A DNA stretch of 64,000 bases from Diadema antillarum (taxonomy: Eukaryota). Each line of letters begins with the position of its first letter. Position 1 is the stretch's first letter. A program made the position numbers and the translations under genes. Of the stretch, positions 28,264-40,413 are shown piece after piece. The notes beneath the pieces were generated by a model. That model saw only the letters and a list, made by a program, of their open reading frames with translations. It was not told where the DNA came from and searched no databases. The stretch lies in contig NW_027271539.1 in the NCBI RefSeq assembly GCF_040938485.1, forward strand, positions 186,001 through 250,000, read 5' to 3'.

Positions 28264-28596
28264 TAAAGGCCACCGCACACTACACGATCAGACTGGTCTT
28301 AAAGTCCTAAGCCAAGCTGGGTCTTAAGACCAGTCGTAAGACCGGACACCGCACACTATACGACCCGACTGTAAAGCGCGCGCAGTGCGCACTACGTACG
28401 CTTGCATTTTACTGCATTGTAAATGGCTGAAAGCCTACGACCAGTCGTAGAAATTCAACATGTCAAATCTCTGCGACTGGCGCTAAGACCCAGTCGTACG
28501 ACTAGAAAATGGCAAGACTGTGACGTCACACTTCCAGTCTTAAGGTCTTAAGACCGGTGAATCGGGGCAAAATCGTGTGGTGTGCGGCGGGCTTTA
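28264..28596. mobile_element. MITE of about 330 bp, PIF/Harbinger-like TIRs
   Basis: TAAAGGCCACCGCACACTACACGAT at left versus ATCGTGTGGTGTGCGGCGGGCTTTA at right (25-bp TIR, 22/25). Internal repeats CCGCACACTA, CCAGTCGTA and TCTTAAGACC. Confidence 0.8.
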
Positions 28597-28664
28597 GATT
28601 TAGCTATGATGAGAAGCGACTGACTTCTAGGAAAAAAAAACAAGCGATATTTCTTTCATCTGAC

Positions 28665-28889
28665 CTGAAGCTATCGTGCCCATGATGATTTGTCCCGTAA
28701 AATAGTCCCGGCTCTTCGTGTTGTAGTCCCAGACGGAGATCAGTAGGCTGACGTCACCGAGTGATGACGGGTTGACGTGGAAGCTGAAAGTCTCGTTGAA
28801 CACGGGGTCGAGAGTGTTTTTCTTCGTGGACGTCTTCTTGGTCTTAACCACCTTCTGTCCACTAATTAACTGGAGTTTGACGAAGGGAT
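28665..28889 (-). CDS. SYT17: Synaptotagmin-17 exon 4 (225 nt, phase 1/1), C2B core
   Basis: ttctgcag|AT CCC TTC...TCA G|gtcaga. Translates (D)PFVKLQLISGQKVVKTKKTSTKKNTLDPVFNETFSFHV...VWDYNTKSRDYFTGQIIMGTIAS, including the polybasic KTKKT motif; phase matches exon 3. Confidence 0.95.
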
Positions 28890-28940
28890 CTGCAGAATGT
28901 CCAAAGAGGTGGCAACTGTTATATCTGATATCTATTTATA

Positions 28941-30267
28941 GGTTTTCCCGGCTAATTTCGCACTTTTGTCAGTCCATTTGATAAAAGGTTCATTCAATTT
29001 AGCGAAAATCCTCGTCACTGCACATTCTGTCATTCAAAATTGCAACTTGTTCGTTCAACTTAGCACTTCGATCAATGCAATTCGCACATTTGCCTTTCGA
29101 ATTCGTAAAACGGGCATTCAAATTGGCACGTGCTCTTCAGTCATTCAAATTCGCCAGCACTGGCGGAAAATGGTATTTCAGTCATTCAATTTCGCGCATG
29201 GGCAGTCCAATTCCAAACATGTTCATTCAAATTGGCGTAATGTTATTTCTATTTTGAAAAGGTGAGAACCGTGATTCAGGCGTATTCAAATGTGAATTTT
29301 TGTTTCATCCACACACTGTTAAGTTGTTAAGTATATAGTAAAGGTATCTTTGACCCTAAATAACTCAAGTTTGTTGTTCTGTAACGCTCCTCTTCTTTTA
29401 TACATGTTATCAGAACTATACATGCACCAGTACCACAGATCACTTCACTTTCTTATGTCCAGTCATGGCAGCACGAGTTAGATACAGGCGTATACCTCAA
29501 GAAGACAGGGAAAGAATCATAGAAGCATTTGAGGGTAATAACCTTGACAAATTGATGGCTAGAGCTGATCCAAGAACTTTATTCCTAATGATGATTAACG
29601 CAATATAGCACCCACCACATGAAAATAATGGAACATACAGATGAAAGAAATAATCACGATGTAAACTGAAACCTCCTTCTACCAACCAATGTCAAAAGAA
29701 ACTTAAAATTAATGTATCTGTAAATGAAATAATGCTATCGAACATCATAAACACATACACATACAATGTGTGTATATTGAAAGTACTGTTGCAAAGGTGA
29801 TATCAGAATAAAGAATGAATACGAAAATATTAAATGTTTGATGCTTGCAAACAATACCTATGATAAATGAAAATTAAAAAAAAAGGAGTAGAAGCATAAA
29901 CGTGTCTGCTAAATTGACTGCAGTAAATGCGAAATTGGATGCCCAAGAATGAATTCGAATGAACGAGCGCAGCGTGTACGTGATCACGTGACTATATCAT
30001 GCTAAATTGAATGAACGATTTGCGAAATGGTGCTTGTCTTACGAATTTGAACTGAAAAAGTGCTGATTCGAATGATGTTAAAGGTAATTTGAATGCTCCA
30101 AAATGAATTTGAATTCAATTCAATTCAATTCAATCATAGTTTATTTCCAAGAATGACAAGATTATAAAATTGAAATACCGATCATGCCATCTAGGCTAAA
30201 TCGTGATAAATTGAATGCAGCAATTAGAAATTGGACTGAAAAAAGTGCGAAATTGGCCGGGAAAACC
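28941..30267 (+). mobile_element. Internally deleted TIR DNA transposon (IS630-Tc1-mariner-like) with subterminal CATTCAA arrays and a transposase N-terminal remnant
   Basis: TIR GGTTTTCCCGGCTAATTTCGCACTTTTGTCAGTCCA / TGGACTGAAAAAAGTGCGAAATTGGCCGGGAAAACC, with TA at left and TG at right. CATTCAA(A)TT repeats on the left arm and inverted AATT(T)GAATG on the right. ORF 29465-29608 begins MAARVRYRRIPQEDRERIIEAFE. Confidence 0.7.
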
Positions 30268-30366
30268 TGAATATTCAAGAACATATATTCTTGAACACGA
30301 TTTATGTAAAACATCATTCGATATGGCAATGGAGTGCACGAAAAGAAACGCGCTCGTTGCCTATGT

Positions 30367-30450
30367 TCGAGTTCAAGTTCAAGTTCAAGTTCAATCTTAT
30401 CTTTCTCCATCGCAGCATAATCAATGACATTATACGCACAATGTTCGCAC
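30367..30450 (-). mobile_element. Short retroposon 3' tail with (TTGAAC)n
   Basis: Same hexamer tail as 40649-40664 but on the minus strand, preceded by ATGGAGAAAGATAAGA. Confidence 0.35.
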
Positions 30451-30524
30451 CGTAGTCCCAGCCGGACTGAAAGAGCTCGGAAAGGTTTCTCGAAATCAAA
30501 GTATGTTTCGTAAATTGTTGACGT

Positions 30525-30780
30525 GTATCAAGATTATCATCGTCACCATCATCATCATCCTCGTCGTTGCTGTCGTAATAAATATATTGTAATCATCTTC
30601 AGCATACTCGGTGTGTCGATTTTAGAATCATTCTTCTTTCTTCGTGTTCTTTTTCTACTTCTTTATATTCTTCTTTATATACTTCTATTTCATTCCTTCT
30701 TCTCCTTCTTCTTCTTCTTCTTCCATCTTTCCTTTTCTTTGCTTCATCTCCCTCTTCCCCTTCGTTTTCCCGTTCTTTCC
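30525..30780. repeat. (CAT)n / (CTT)n low-complexity tract
   Basis: Direct reading; explains the spurious poly-H, F-rich and R/E-rich ORFs here. Confidence 0.8.
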
Positions 30781-32298
30781 AGATCAATCTTAACGTAAAC
30801 AAGTTTCTCTTAGCACGAATATGGCAATTTCTTTCGGCACGTGTCAAATCTATGCCGCATGCACCTGCTGCTATTCACCGTTTTTGTACGCCCGATTATT
30901 CTCGGCTCTTAAAAAAGCATCTGGCCGCGAATGCAAAAAGTTGACTATGGGCTATATTTATCCCACATGTAATGTGCATCGGTTGAAATATGAATACTTT
31001 CGTGCATGCATAATGTTTCTTAAAATGCAGACTTTCTCGCAACTTCACTTGGTATGAATGGTTGCCTGCTATTAGGTAACATAATAGTGATAAAAATAGA
31101 GGGGAAAGCGTCATTCCAAGCGGTTTGGTTATTGATCGAAACAATTCTGTGACACATACAAATACTAATAATACACAGAAAGGAAATTCATTTCTTTATT
31201 AGCGAGAATACAGCCAGTTCCACGTCTTGCACGATTAATTCCGGGAATCGGTAGCAGCTCTGCAAATCAGATTGGTCTGGTAACTGGCTCTGTGTAGCAG
31301 CAGCGTGTCTTCACTAAACATGCTCAACCTGATTGCAAAAACTGGAAACAAATCTCCTAGCAACGGGCTGGGCGGGGCTCGCATCACTTCATCCAATATG
31401 ACCATTTCGTCCTCACACTACCTTCAAGGAAACGCGCTTCTGGTGGCGACGTTCAAGCGTACAGAGAACCTTTACTGCTGGCAAATCCAATAATACAATA
31501 GCATTTAAAAAAGATCTCGGGAGAGTTGTTGCTATCGCTTCCCAGAAAGAAAAGACGATTTGATAACTGGAGAAAAAATAGCGAGGGGAGAAGTGCATTG
31601 GTCGAGGTACTCTGCAAACCAGAGGGGGGGGGGGGGGGGAGGGGCAGGGACACCTTCCGAGGTGACTTCACGTGACAAATAGATGTCGACAAATAAATCC
31701 ATCATGGAGGAAACAAAGAATATTGAGCTTATCTCGCGAGAGAAAATGGTTTCAACGCTCTTTCCCTCCATCGTCTTTGATAAGATTGGGTAATTTCTTT
31801 CAATTTCTGGCGGAAGCATTTCTGGTGGGAGAGAAAAAAAAGCAAGACGTAGAAGGAATTCGATTTGGCATCGTAGTCATTCATTGCAAAGTGCAATGTT
31901 ACCATTGAAAACCCATTGAGATGTGCATCCTTTCTCGCTACAATTTGAAAGGTTTGCCAACTGAGCGGGGAAGGTCAAACCAGGAGAGAAGCCATACATA
32001 AGTGTTAGGAAGATGTGTGAAATGTGTTTACAGTTTGTGACGAGAATACACTATATAGATCAAGGATACGACGGATCAGTGGCGTCTCGGCTGTTGTGCG
32101 AGCCTTCCCCATATCTCTCGTAAGGCGTAGGCCTGCCACAACGAGAAACAAAATTATTGAACAATCTGCAATTTGAATCAATCGGAATATATCTCTACAC
32201 TCATGGGCAATTCTTCTGCACAAACGTTTTATACCTATGCATTCCAGAGACATGTAAAAATAATCGTATGACACTTGCAGTAAGGCTAATTTACTTAC

Positions 32299-32419
32299 CC
32301 GAGCCACCCACTATGTCTGTCTGCAGTAGCTGCTTGGCCTTTATGACGTCAACATTTAGCCGGCCAGCGCTGGGCAGGTAATTCAATGATAGTAGAATTT
32401 CCCCTCGACCTGGGTTGTT
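32299..32419 (-). CDS. SYT17: Synaptotagmin-17 exon 3 (121 nt, phase 0/1), start of C2B
   Basis: acacag|AAC...TCGG|gtaagt. Translates NNPGRGEILLSLNYLPSAGRLNVDVIKAKQLLQTDIVGGS versus human SYT17 ELGELLLSLNYLPSAGRLNVDVIRAKQLLQTDVSQGS. Not called in this frame by the ORF track. Confidence 0.95.
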
Positions 32420-33465
32420 CTGTGTTTGAGAGAGCGGTAATGATACATATTATCTCGTATGACGTAGGGGGGCTACCTAACCACGCGAATAGAGTGGCAA
32501 CACGCCCTTCTGTTGTCTTCCAGAGGTAGATTTGCCTCGAACTGGGCCAAGATATGTGACATTTGCTAATTAATATCTCCTCCAACCTCCAAATGGAGTA
32601 TTTGAAAAGTCTCCTAAAATGTGTTTCTAATCTGATGAAACAGTGGTATTTTCTCTCTTCGTTCCCGTAGCCTCACAGAATTTCCGAAGCTTTGTAGCAT
32701 CTGTGAAACAATTTCATTTGTAGCAAGCAACATCAGTTTTTTTTTCCGTTATCATCAATTATTAGCAACTTTTAACCTGAAAGACACGATAATTATAAAT
32801 ATGTTATATGACTGTCACCAAACTTTATCAATCTGACACGTGAGAACATGCCTATTTGACCGAGGGCCATCTGCAAATGAACTTAATCATGCTGTTATGT
32901 TCAGCAATTATACATCTAGCGTGAAGAACGTAGTAGAAACACCCAAAGATGCAATCGTTTAGTAAATTTATCAATACTTTCAGGATAGCTGTTTCGCGAA
33001 GGGACTTTTTTCAATGACTCTACCGTCTAGAGACACACAATTATTCAGCTACATATTCTTAACAGCACAGTGGGTCAGGTTCTTTACGTGAAATCAAAAT
33101 GTAATACACAGTGCGGTCGGTGTTATTATGAGAGCATGAGGACGGCAGTAATAAAATCACAGTCATGCGATCATTACTGCCTGACACACACTGTATGACG
33201 TTATACAAGGGTAATTGACACCTTGACGGTTATATTTTGTTCACGTGAACTGAAGTAGTCGATTTGCCTGATGCAACATGGCATAATTGATAAAATTCTC
33301 GGTAGAATTCCTGTCATGTTGAAATGTCCTCAGACACGTTTGATTGTGCTACCAAATTCCCCATTGACCCGGCCGTTGACCGAGGTACTGTATTAGACGG
33401 ATACCTGCGATGTTACATAATAATTACGGCGTTACCTACGCCCGCCTGTAACCGTTTGCTGTAAC

Positions 33466-33838
33466 GGGTATGTTCGTTATTCCGAAGATTTGTTACCCAA
33501 AAATGAAATAAAGTTCGTTATTCTGAAATGCGCAAACTGCGCATACCTACATATTCGTTAATCCGATGGTTTCTTTTTCCAAAAATGAAATAAGGTTCGT
33601 TATTCTGAATGTAAGTTTATCCGAAAATGAATAAAGTTCCTTAATTCGAAGGTTCGTGAAAAAAAAAAACGCGTACGAAGGAACCTTCGAAATAACAAAC
33701 CTTATTCCATTTTCGAATTACCGAACCTTCGGAATAAGGAACTTCATTGCATTTTTGGAATTATGAGCCTTCGGATTACGTAACCTTCGGAAGAAGGAGC
33801 CTTCGTAATAACGAACCTATGGAATAATGAACTGTAAC
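33466..33838. mobile_element. Palindromic MITE built from GGTTCGTTATTCCGAA subrepeats
   Basis: Several GTTCGTTATTC(C/T)GAA units on the left half and inverted TTCG(G)AATAA(C)GAACC units on the right half, around an A-tract centre at about 33660. Confidence 0.7.
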
Positions 33839-36800
33839 TTGTTGTTACACTTACGTAAGTACTAAATATGGGAACATTATCATTGATCACAGCACGTTTG
33901 TAAAATTTCTCTTCCTAGTAGGACTCTCCCTTCTACTAATTCAGAGGCGTTCAAGGTCATCGAAACTGTAACCTGATTATAGGGGATGGATTAGAATATT
34001 GATTTATCTTTTCATCCGAGTTATGATCAACTCTGCACGTCGCAGGGAGTTACAATAAGCGGATGAAGAAAAGAAGCTTTAACGCTTTAAGGTTATTGGC
34101 TCCCGATAGAGAGGGCCAACGTGACTTCTAATTTCGTCATACCATAGCTTGGTGATTTCATCTCGCTCACTTTCGCTTGGAGATGCAAAATATTTATTGG
34201 AGTGCATTTTTGGATAAATCTCATATTAACTTATTTATTTCCTTTTCAAACAGACCAAACAGGGAATACGACACTGATACAGAATTATTATATGTTCGGC
34301 ACAATGTCATGAATATGAATACATTTTCAAACAATTTTCAAGACTTTTGATATAACTAAAATACTTCCGGGAAAATGGAGGGACTCAATGAAGAAATGCT
34401 CCCTCATGGAGGGTAAATTATCAATCAGCTCCCCCTATAAGGTGCTTAAAAGCAAACATATCCTAGTTGAAGTGAAACATAAAACGATACAGGAATACGA
34501 TACAAAATAACGGAAGAGCGAAAAAAAAAACATCTTGGAGTATAGGCATCAGTAGGCTTAGCGGAGGGAGAGAAAGAGAAAGACAGAGAAAGAGAGATAA
34601 CTAGAGTATTTAGATAGATATACTTGATCCTATAAGTTGAGGTTGTTTCACATGAGAGAATCGTAACCCAATTAAGACTTCGTATTTTTTCTTCATCATT
34701 TAGGTGCTTTTTAAAAATGATGAACGTTAAAACAAAGAAGTTTGTACATGTACGCTACATAAGATAAGTAGATTATGTTTTTCTTGATGTGATGAAGAGG
34801 AAGAGANNNNNNNNNNNNNNNNNNNNNNNNNNNNNNNNNNNNNNNNNNNNNNNNNNNNNNNNNNNNNNNNNNNNNNNNNNNNNNNNNNNNNNNNNNNNNN
34901 NNNNNNNNNNNNNNNNNNNNNNNNNNNNNNNNNNNNNNNNNNNNNNNNNNNNNNNNNNNNNNNNNNNNNNNNNNNNNNNGAAGGCAGACTACTTCAAACG
35001 TCAAAGTGATATCGAATTTATGACTAGCCTCCCAGGGTACATACTATGATAGACTTCAATTCTATGACACTCTCTTCCGAAATTCGAGATGACATCCCAC
35101 ACGCGGGGGATAATCTAGATGATGAATTCCCGCTGGACAATTCAGCCCGATGAAATTTGATGATGTTTTAGCAATCGGGATAATTAATATGCTGAAAGAG
35201 AGGAAGAAACGGAAGAAACGGAAGAAACTGACAAAAAGTCAAAACAACCAAGATACTCGCTGTTCGTTGTGTAACGAATGTCATTATCAGAAACCACGTA
35301 AAAAGAGAAGGAAAGACAGAAAACAAGACAGAGGATATCGAGAAGTTGATCATCAAGTGGAAAGCTTGGAAACCTTGAGGGAGTGGTGACAAGTTTTTAC
35401 AATATTGTGAATATGATAAATATACCATCGTTCTACAAGGTTTCCCCTCCAGCATTTTGGCGCCATCGTCGTGGGAGAATCTATCCCTCGACGGAGGAAG
35501 CATACTTCAATTCCAGCCGCCATTTCTTGCTTGAAGTCATTTTAAGTTAACTTAAGCCTAATCGCATCCATGATGTAATAACATCTATACAGATGATTAT
35601 CTACACCAACATGATGGAATTTGATGTCTGCCCAAACAAACAAACACAAAAACTGGAAATATCTGTAGTAGGGCTTGACACTAATTTATTTATGTGGTTG
35701 CCAGTTTGAGCCTTTAAAAGCTCTAATTATTACATTTTGATGACCCGAAAAAAGGTATATAATTTATACATAACAATCCACTTTGAATCTATAGTTGCCC
35801 GATTGGGCCATCAGTAGAGAACCTTTTTGGAAATTTGGTGGCTAAAAGCCCTGAGATACATCGATTATACAAGGTACATTTATATGTATATTTAAATCAA
35901 ACACAGTTGATCCGTGAATCAATTACCGGTCTGTCGAGGCGGACTGGTCATTATATCTTCCAACACATTCTTTGAAAGCTAAACATCAGGAAGTCACATC
36001 TGAGGGAATTGAATTGAATATACATGACTGGATTTTGTATTGTGTACCAGCTACAAGGAATCCTGCCGAACATGTTGACTACAGCCATCCAAGTCGACGA
36101 AGTTAACTGCAGTAATAATTAGTACCATCGCTCAGCATTGCTATCAAAATAGGCGCACGTAAAGGAGCTGGCACTTGAACAAACATTCACACAATACACA
36201 CAAATAGAATTATCATAAGGAAGAGAGAGAGAGAGAGAGGGGGGGGGGGGGAGGGAGCGGAGCTAGGAGGTAGTGATGCAAATTAACACACAAAAATCGA
36301 AGTGAGCAAATTTATTGTGTTCTCGATTGTGAAGCGCGCTCACTGCCGAAAGCTGAAAGGCCCCTAAATTATCCATGGCAACGGCACACGGTTACCCGTC
36401 AACACGTAGGAACCACCTCAAGAGGATCATTGCAAAATAAATAACCTCTCAGCACATACCAAAGGTTTTTGAAGCCCGAGCTTGGCGGATCTCGTAATGA
36501 CCACACAAACCATGGTCTCATGCATTGGGAGTTACTATAATACACTCGGGACATATTGCGCGACATACGCTCTGCTTTACAATGCTTGAACCGATAAGTT
36601 ACATACAGATTCTCTGCAGATTTAAACTACTTGTGCGAACTTACTGCAAGGTGACGTCGTTTTCCAGTGATCATGTTTTATGCATCTCCCAAAGTTGACA
36701 TTTTTGTAGGCCATTAGAGAATGATTTCAGCAGTTTGGAAATAGTCACTCTGGCATTATTTTCTTTTTGCTGATTTAGACGGTACTTCACATTATAACTT

Positions 36801-37544
36801 ATAAGACATACAGTTTTGAGATTTCTGTATGATTATAAGTGGATACTAGAGACAATAATATTAAAACATTCTGTATGTATTTGAAACAATCTAAGGAAAT
36901 AACATGGTCGGTTTGCATGTCAGTCCAAAATATTCTGAGCGTTTCCATTGTCATATAGACGAAGACACGTACACTTGTATGCCATTCTACTTTCTTAACC
37001 ACACCCCTAAATTAATCTTACATTGTATTCCTTCGCCCGTTAGTAATTCTGTTGAGAGAATCATCACGTGATTTCTGTGTATGCCGTGATGCAAAAATAG
37101 GCACATATTCAGCTGCCACTATGAGAAAATTCGCATTGTACTCGAGGGATTGTAGAATTATTATTGTACATAAGGATGTCATAATATTGAATAGCATGCC
37201 ATCTTAACCCGATTCGCACGATACTTCAATAATACTGTAAACTTGTACGCTTTGTTTGCCGTGCAGTCATGTCAATACCTAAGATCATAAAATATGTACG
37301 CCTGAGTGTTGACATACACAGGCAATGACAGGGTACCGTTACATGGGTTGGTCAAATACCACTCGGCTATTGGATAAACATGATCACGTGATTGCGGACC
37401 ATTTGTAGTATTCTTCTATGGGAACATTCTGGGAATGTCGCCCACGGGAGATCATTCTTGTTTGAATAAAAAAAAGGGGGCACGTAAGTGGGACAAAGAT
37501 ACTGAAATAGGTTAAAGAAGCGCATAGCTACCTAGATGCGGGAA

Positions 37545-37781
37545 TTTTTACCTCCTAAAAGGAGATTGTGTTTTTTTTTACCGGTGTTAGTTTGTTTGTC
37601 TGTTTACAAAATAACTCAAAACTTTATCGACGGATTTTGATGAAATTTTCAGGAAAAGTTGGTAATGACAGAACAAAAAGATTACTAAATTTTTGTAGCG
37701 ATTCAGATGATCGTCTGGATCCTGTGGGTGGAATTGAGTTGATTGGCAGAGGTCTGCGCTCTCCGAGGGCTTTTCCACTTG
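37545..37781 (+). mobile_element. Helentron-associated non-autonomous element (HINE/DINE-1-like)
   Basis: T-run start, degenerate subTIRs ACCTCCTAAA...TTGGCAGAGGT, GTTT microsatellite, core GATTTTGATGAAATTTTCAGG and 3' hairpin GCTCTCCGAGGGC then TTTT. This is the layout of that element class as I recall it. Confidence 0.6.
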
Positions 37782-37801
37782 CTTTTGTTTGTTTGTTTAT
37801 T

Positions 37802-37803
<2 letters not shown>

Positions 37804-37848
<45 letters not shown>
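37804..37848 (+). repeat. (GT)n microsatellite
   Basis: Direct reading; similar (GT)/(CA) tracts at about 16849-16882, 19599-19621, 49886-49920, 50076-50120 and 54625-54660. Confidence 0.9.
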
Positions 37849-37851
<3 letters not shown>

Positions 37852-38470
37852 GCAAATATGGCTAAGGAATTGAAATTGAACTCAACTGAAATCAAACGTT
37901 TGCGTTACTCTCCGAGTGATTTTATTCACCTATTTTCTGGTGAGTAGTATGCTGATTCTTGCTGTCGGAAGTCCACAGAATCTTCAAACTCCAGAGTTTA
38001 AAAGTTTCTCATTAGCATTTCGAACACTCGAATGACTCATTCAGTTTGTTTCCTAAAATGGCAATCATTATCTATTTATTACCACTCAAGAAAAAATATA
38101 GTGAATTGTTTGATGTTCAATGTACATAAACATTCAAACATCGGATATCCCAAGTTTGTGCAGACTCAATAAGTTGCATAAAATTGTGATCCTTCTACGA
38201 GTCTTTCATAGACGTTAACGACGATTGATATGCAGTGACTGGTCACGTTCTTACGTCCATATTCCACACAAGCTATTATCTAGATAATGACCAGAGTAGA
38301 AGTGACCAAAGAAAAGAGATTGAAATACAATGAGAAAGGTAATGAGTCCCCTGGCGAAGTTGGAGGGATTTTAATCTCCTCGAAATAGCACCGGCAATCC
38401 GAAACGTAACTTAGAGCATTCTGCGTTGGCTACTCTCGACAACAAAAGGTCACCATCCGTTATATAATAA

Positions 38471-39010
38471 GGTATCATTACATGGCATGGGTAATTCAAA
38501 GTACAGTTGAGTGACCCGCACCTCGTCATAGTTAATGTTTATGCATGTTTAAATCACATAACGTCACTGGAATTCTATGAAATCCCACTCACATACAGGA
38601 AAAATGCTGAAGATTCCAATGGAACGACAAGTTCAGTGATCGATACCGGAAATTTGCAGCTATCGTCGTCAAACGCGAACGATGCGAAATAGTTGTGCGC
38701 TAAGGAAGGGGCCCGCACTTCGTCACCCCGCGCTCCTATAGACAGAGCACGTAAAAGACGTGTGCGGGTAACCGTGATGATACTTATAACACGTATTCCT
38801 TATGTAGATTTAAGATTTTCAAGAAAAACTTCGGTTTTCACCTCAGTTTGCTCGGTTGCGGTAACCCTGCAAAGTTTCAAGCATACTGAACACAGTCCCG
38901 GGCGTACATTTTTTGTTCAGTGCGCTTCTAGCAATTTTACGCAGGGTGACGGTATAAGGGCCCCTGACGAGGTTGGGGCACCTCACTATACTTTGGAAAT
39001 GTATAATACC
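38471..39010. mobile_element. Degenerate TIR element (540 bp)
   Basis: Ends GGTATCATTACAT / ATGTATAATACC; inner inverted blocks 38493-38528 versus 38965-39000 and 38706-38729 versus 38944-38965. Confidence 0.55.
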
Positions 39011-40413
39011 TCAAATCTCCTCATCCGCAGCCATGGTGGCAGCATCACCGCCTAGACCGCAGGACGCACGGTGCAGCTTTTGCGCCTCATGCGCGCATTA
39101 CCTATCCGATTTCATTGGGCGCTGCTTTCCTCAATCACATAATATCCGTTCGCATCAAAAAATTTTCCGACGCTCCTATTTTGAGCATCCTGCAAAATTC
39201 TAAAATGAAATCTTTCGATTGCGCTGAATATAGCGTGCTATCGTTTGATGTCGTTTGGCATTTGTTTACACGAAAAATGCTTGCTAATGGGATACCAGTG
39301 TTCTGCCCATGGGAGATCTTGTCAAATAACCCATTATCACGTGATAGTAATCATGAAATTGTTGAACGGTGCTTGATGGACAATATATGATATAAACTCG
39401 GACTGTCATCTACCAGACTGTACATAGTAGTGTTCATGCCAGTCCTGTGTAAGTCTTTCCATGTCATATAAGCTAGTTCGTAACTAGCTCACGTCTACAT
39501 TGGTATAAATTTCCTTTCTTTTTCTAAGTTGGCTAGGCACTTCACTTGTTCTGAAAGGAGCATAATACATCAGCTTGCCCGACGTAACAACTTATAGAAT
39601 TCATGTTCAAACAAAGAATAAACTTGCGCCGAGTAGATGACCCGAAAGAGCTGTCTATTAACACCTGGGGAAGCATATTATTTCATCGACTTTCCTTGAA
39701 TGCACTAAGCTTTTTTTCTATTAATACTGCCAAATAAAAGACTTACTGTCTGGTGGATGTGCTATTTACAAGGATCACGTGAATAATCATCACACCACAG
39801 ATGCTTATCTCGGTGAATTTACAAAACAAAATGCCTGTTGGTACAAATCATCTTTTTCTGCTCATGCGCAAAGTGGAATTACGAAATGGTCTATTGTCAC
39901 AAATGAAAATTATTATCTATAACGCCGGGAAGCACCGTGATAGGATGAATACAGGGCTCTGGAACCTTAATTTTGGAATTCTCTTGATAACAATATAAAA
40001 GAACTATTAAGTTTTCATACCTTTTCCTTAAAGTTTAAGAATTATTCAAAAACTTCGTATGCAACATAGTAAGTTACTTTTTTTTTCTTTACTTTTGACT
40101 TCAAAATTGTTGCTCCGGTTTAATTTTACTACTTTTTGTACCTCGGCGAGCCCGAACTTCTGTGCCTCCAATGCCCTGGTTATGACCCACCATTTCCTTC
40201 TCCTTTCCCCCTTTTTTTATTGTCCACCTCGGACTTAGTACCTTCCTCACTAATCCTTCTATCCTCTCATCATTTCTTCCTTTACAAGAGAGTCGTGTTG
40301 TGTTTGTTAATGTGCGTCCTCGTGTGTGCATGTATGTGTGTATTACTCTGTCTGTTTTCTATCACTTAGGCAAATTACCTTCTTTTTTGCAATTTGATTT
40401 TTTTTTCTCATGA

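Noticed and set aside
32349-32585. 78-aa minus-strand ORF overlapping exon 3
   Set aside because: Wrong frame; the exon 3 frame gives the C2B match.
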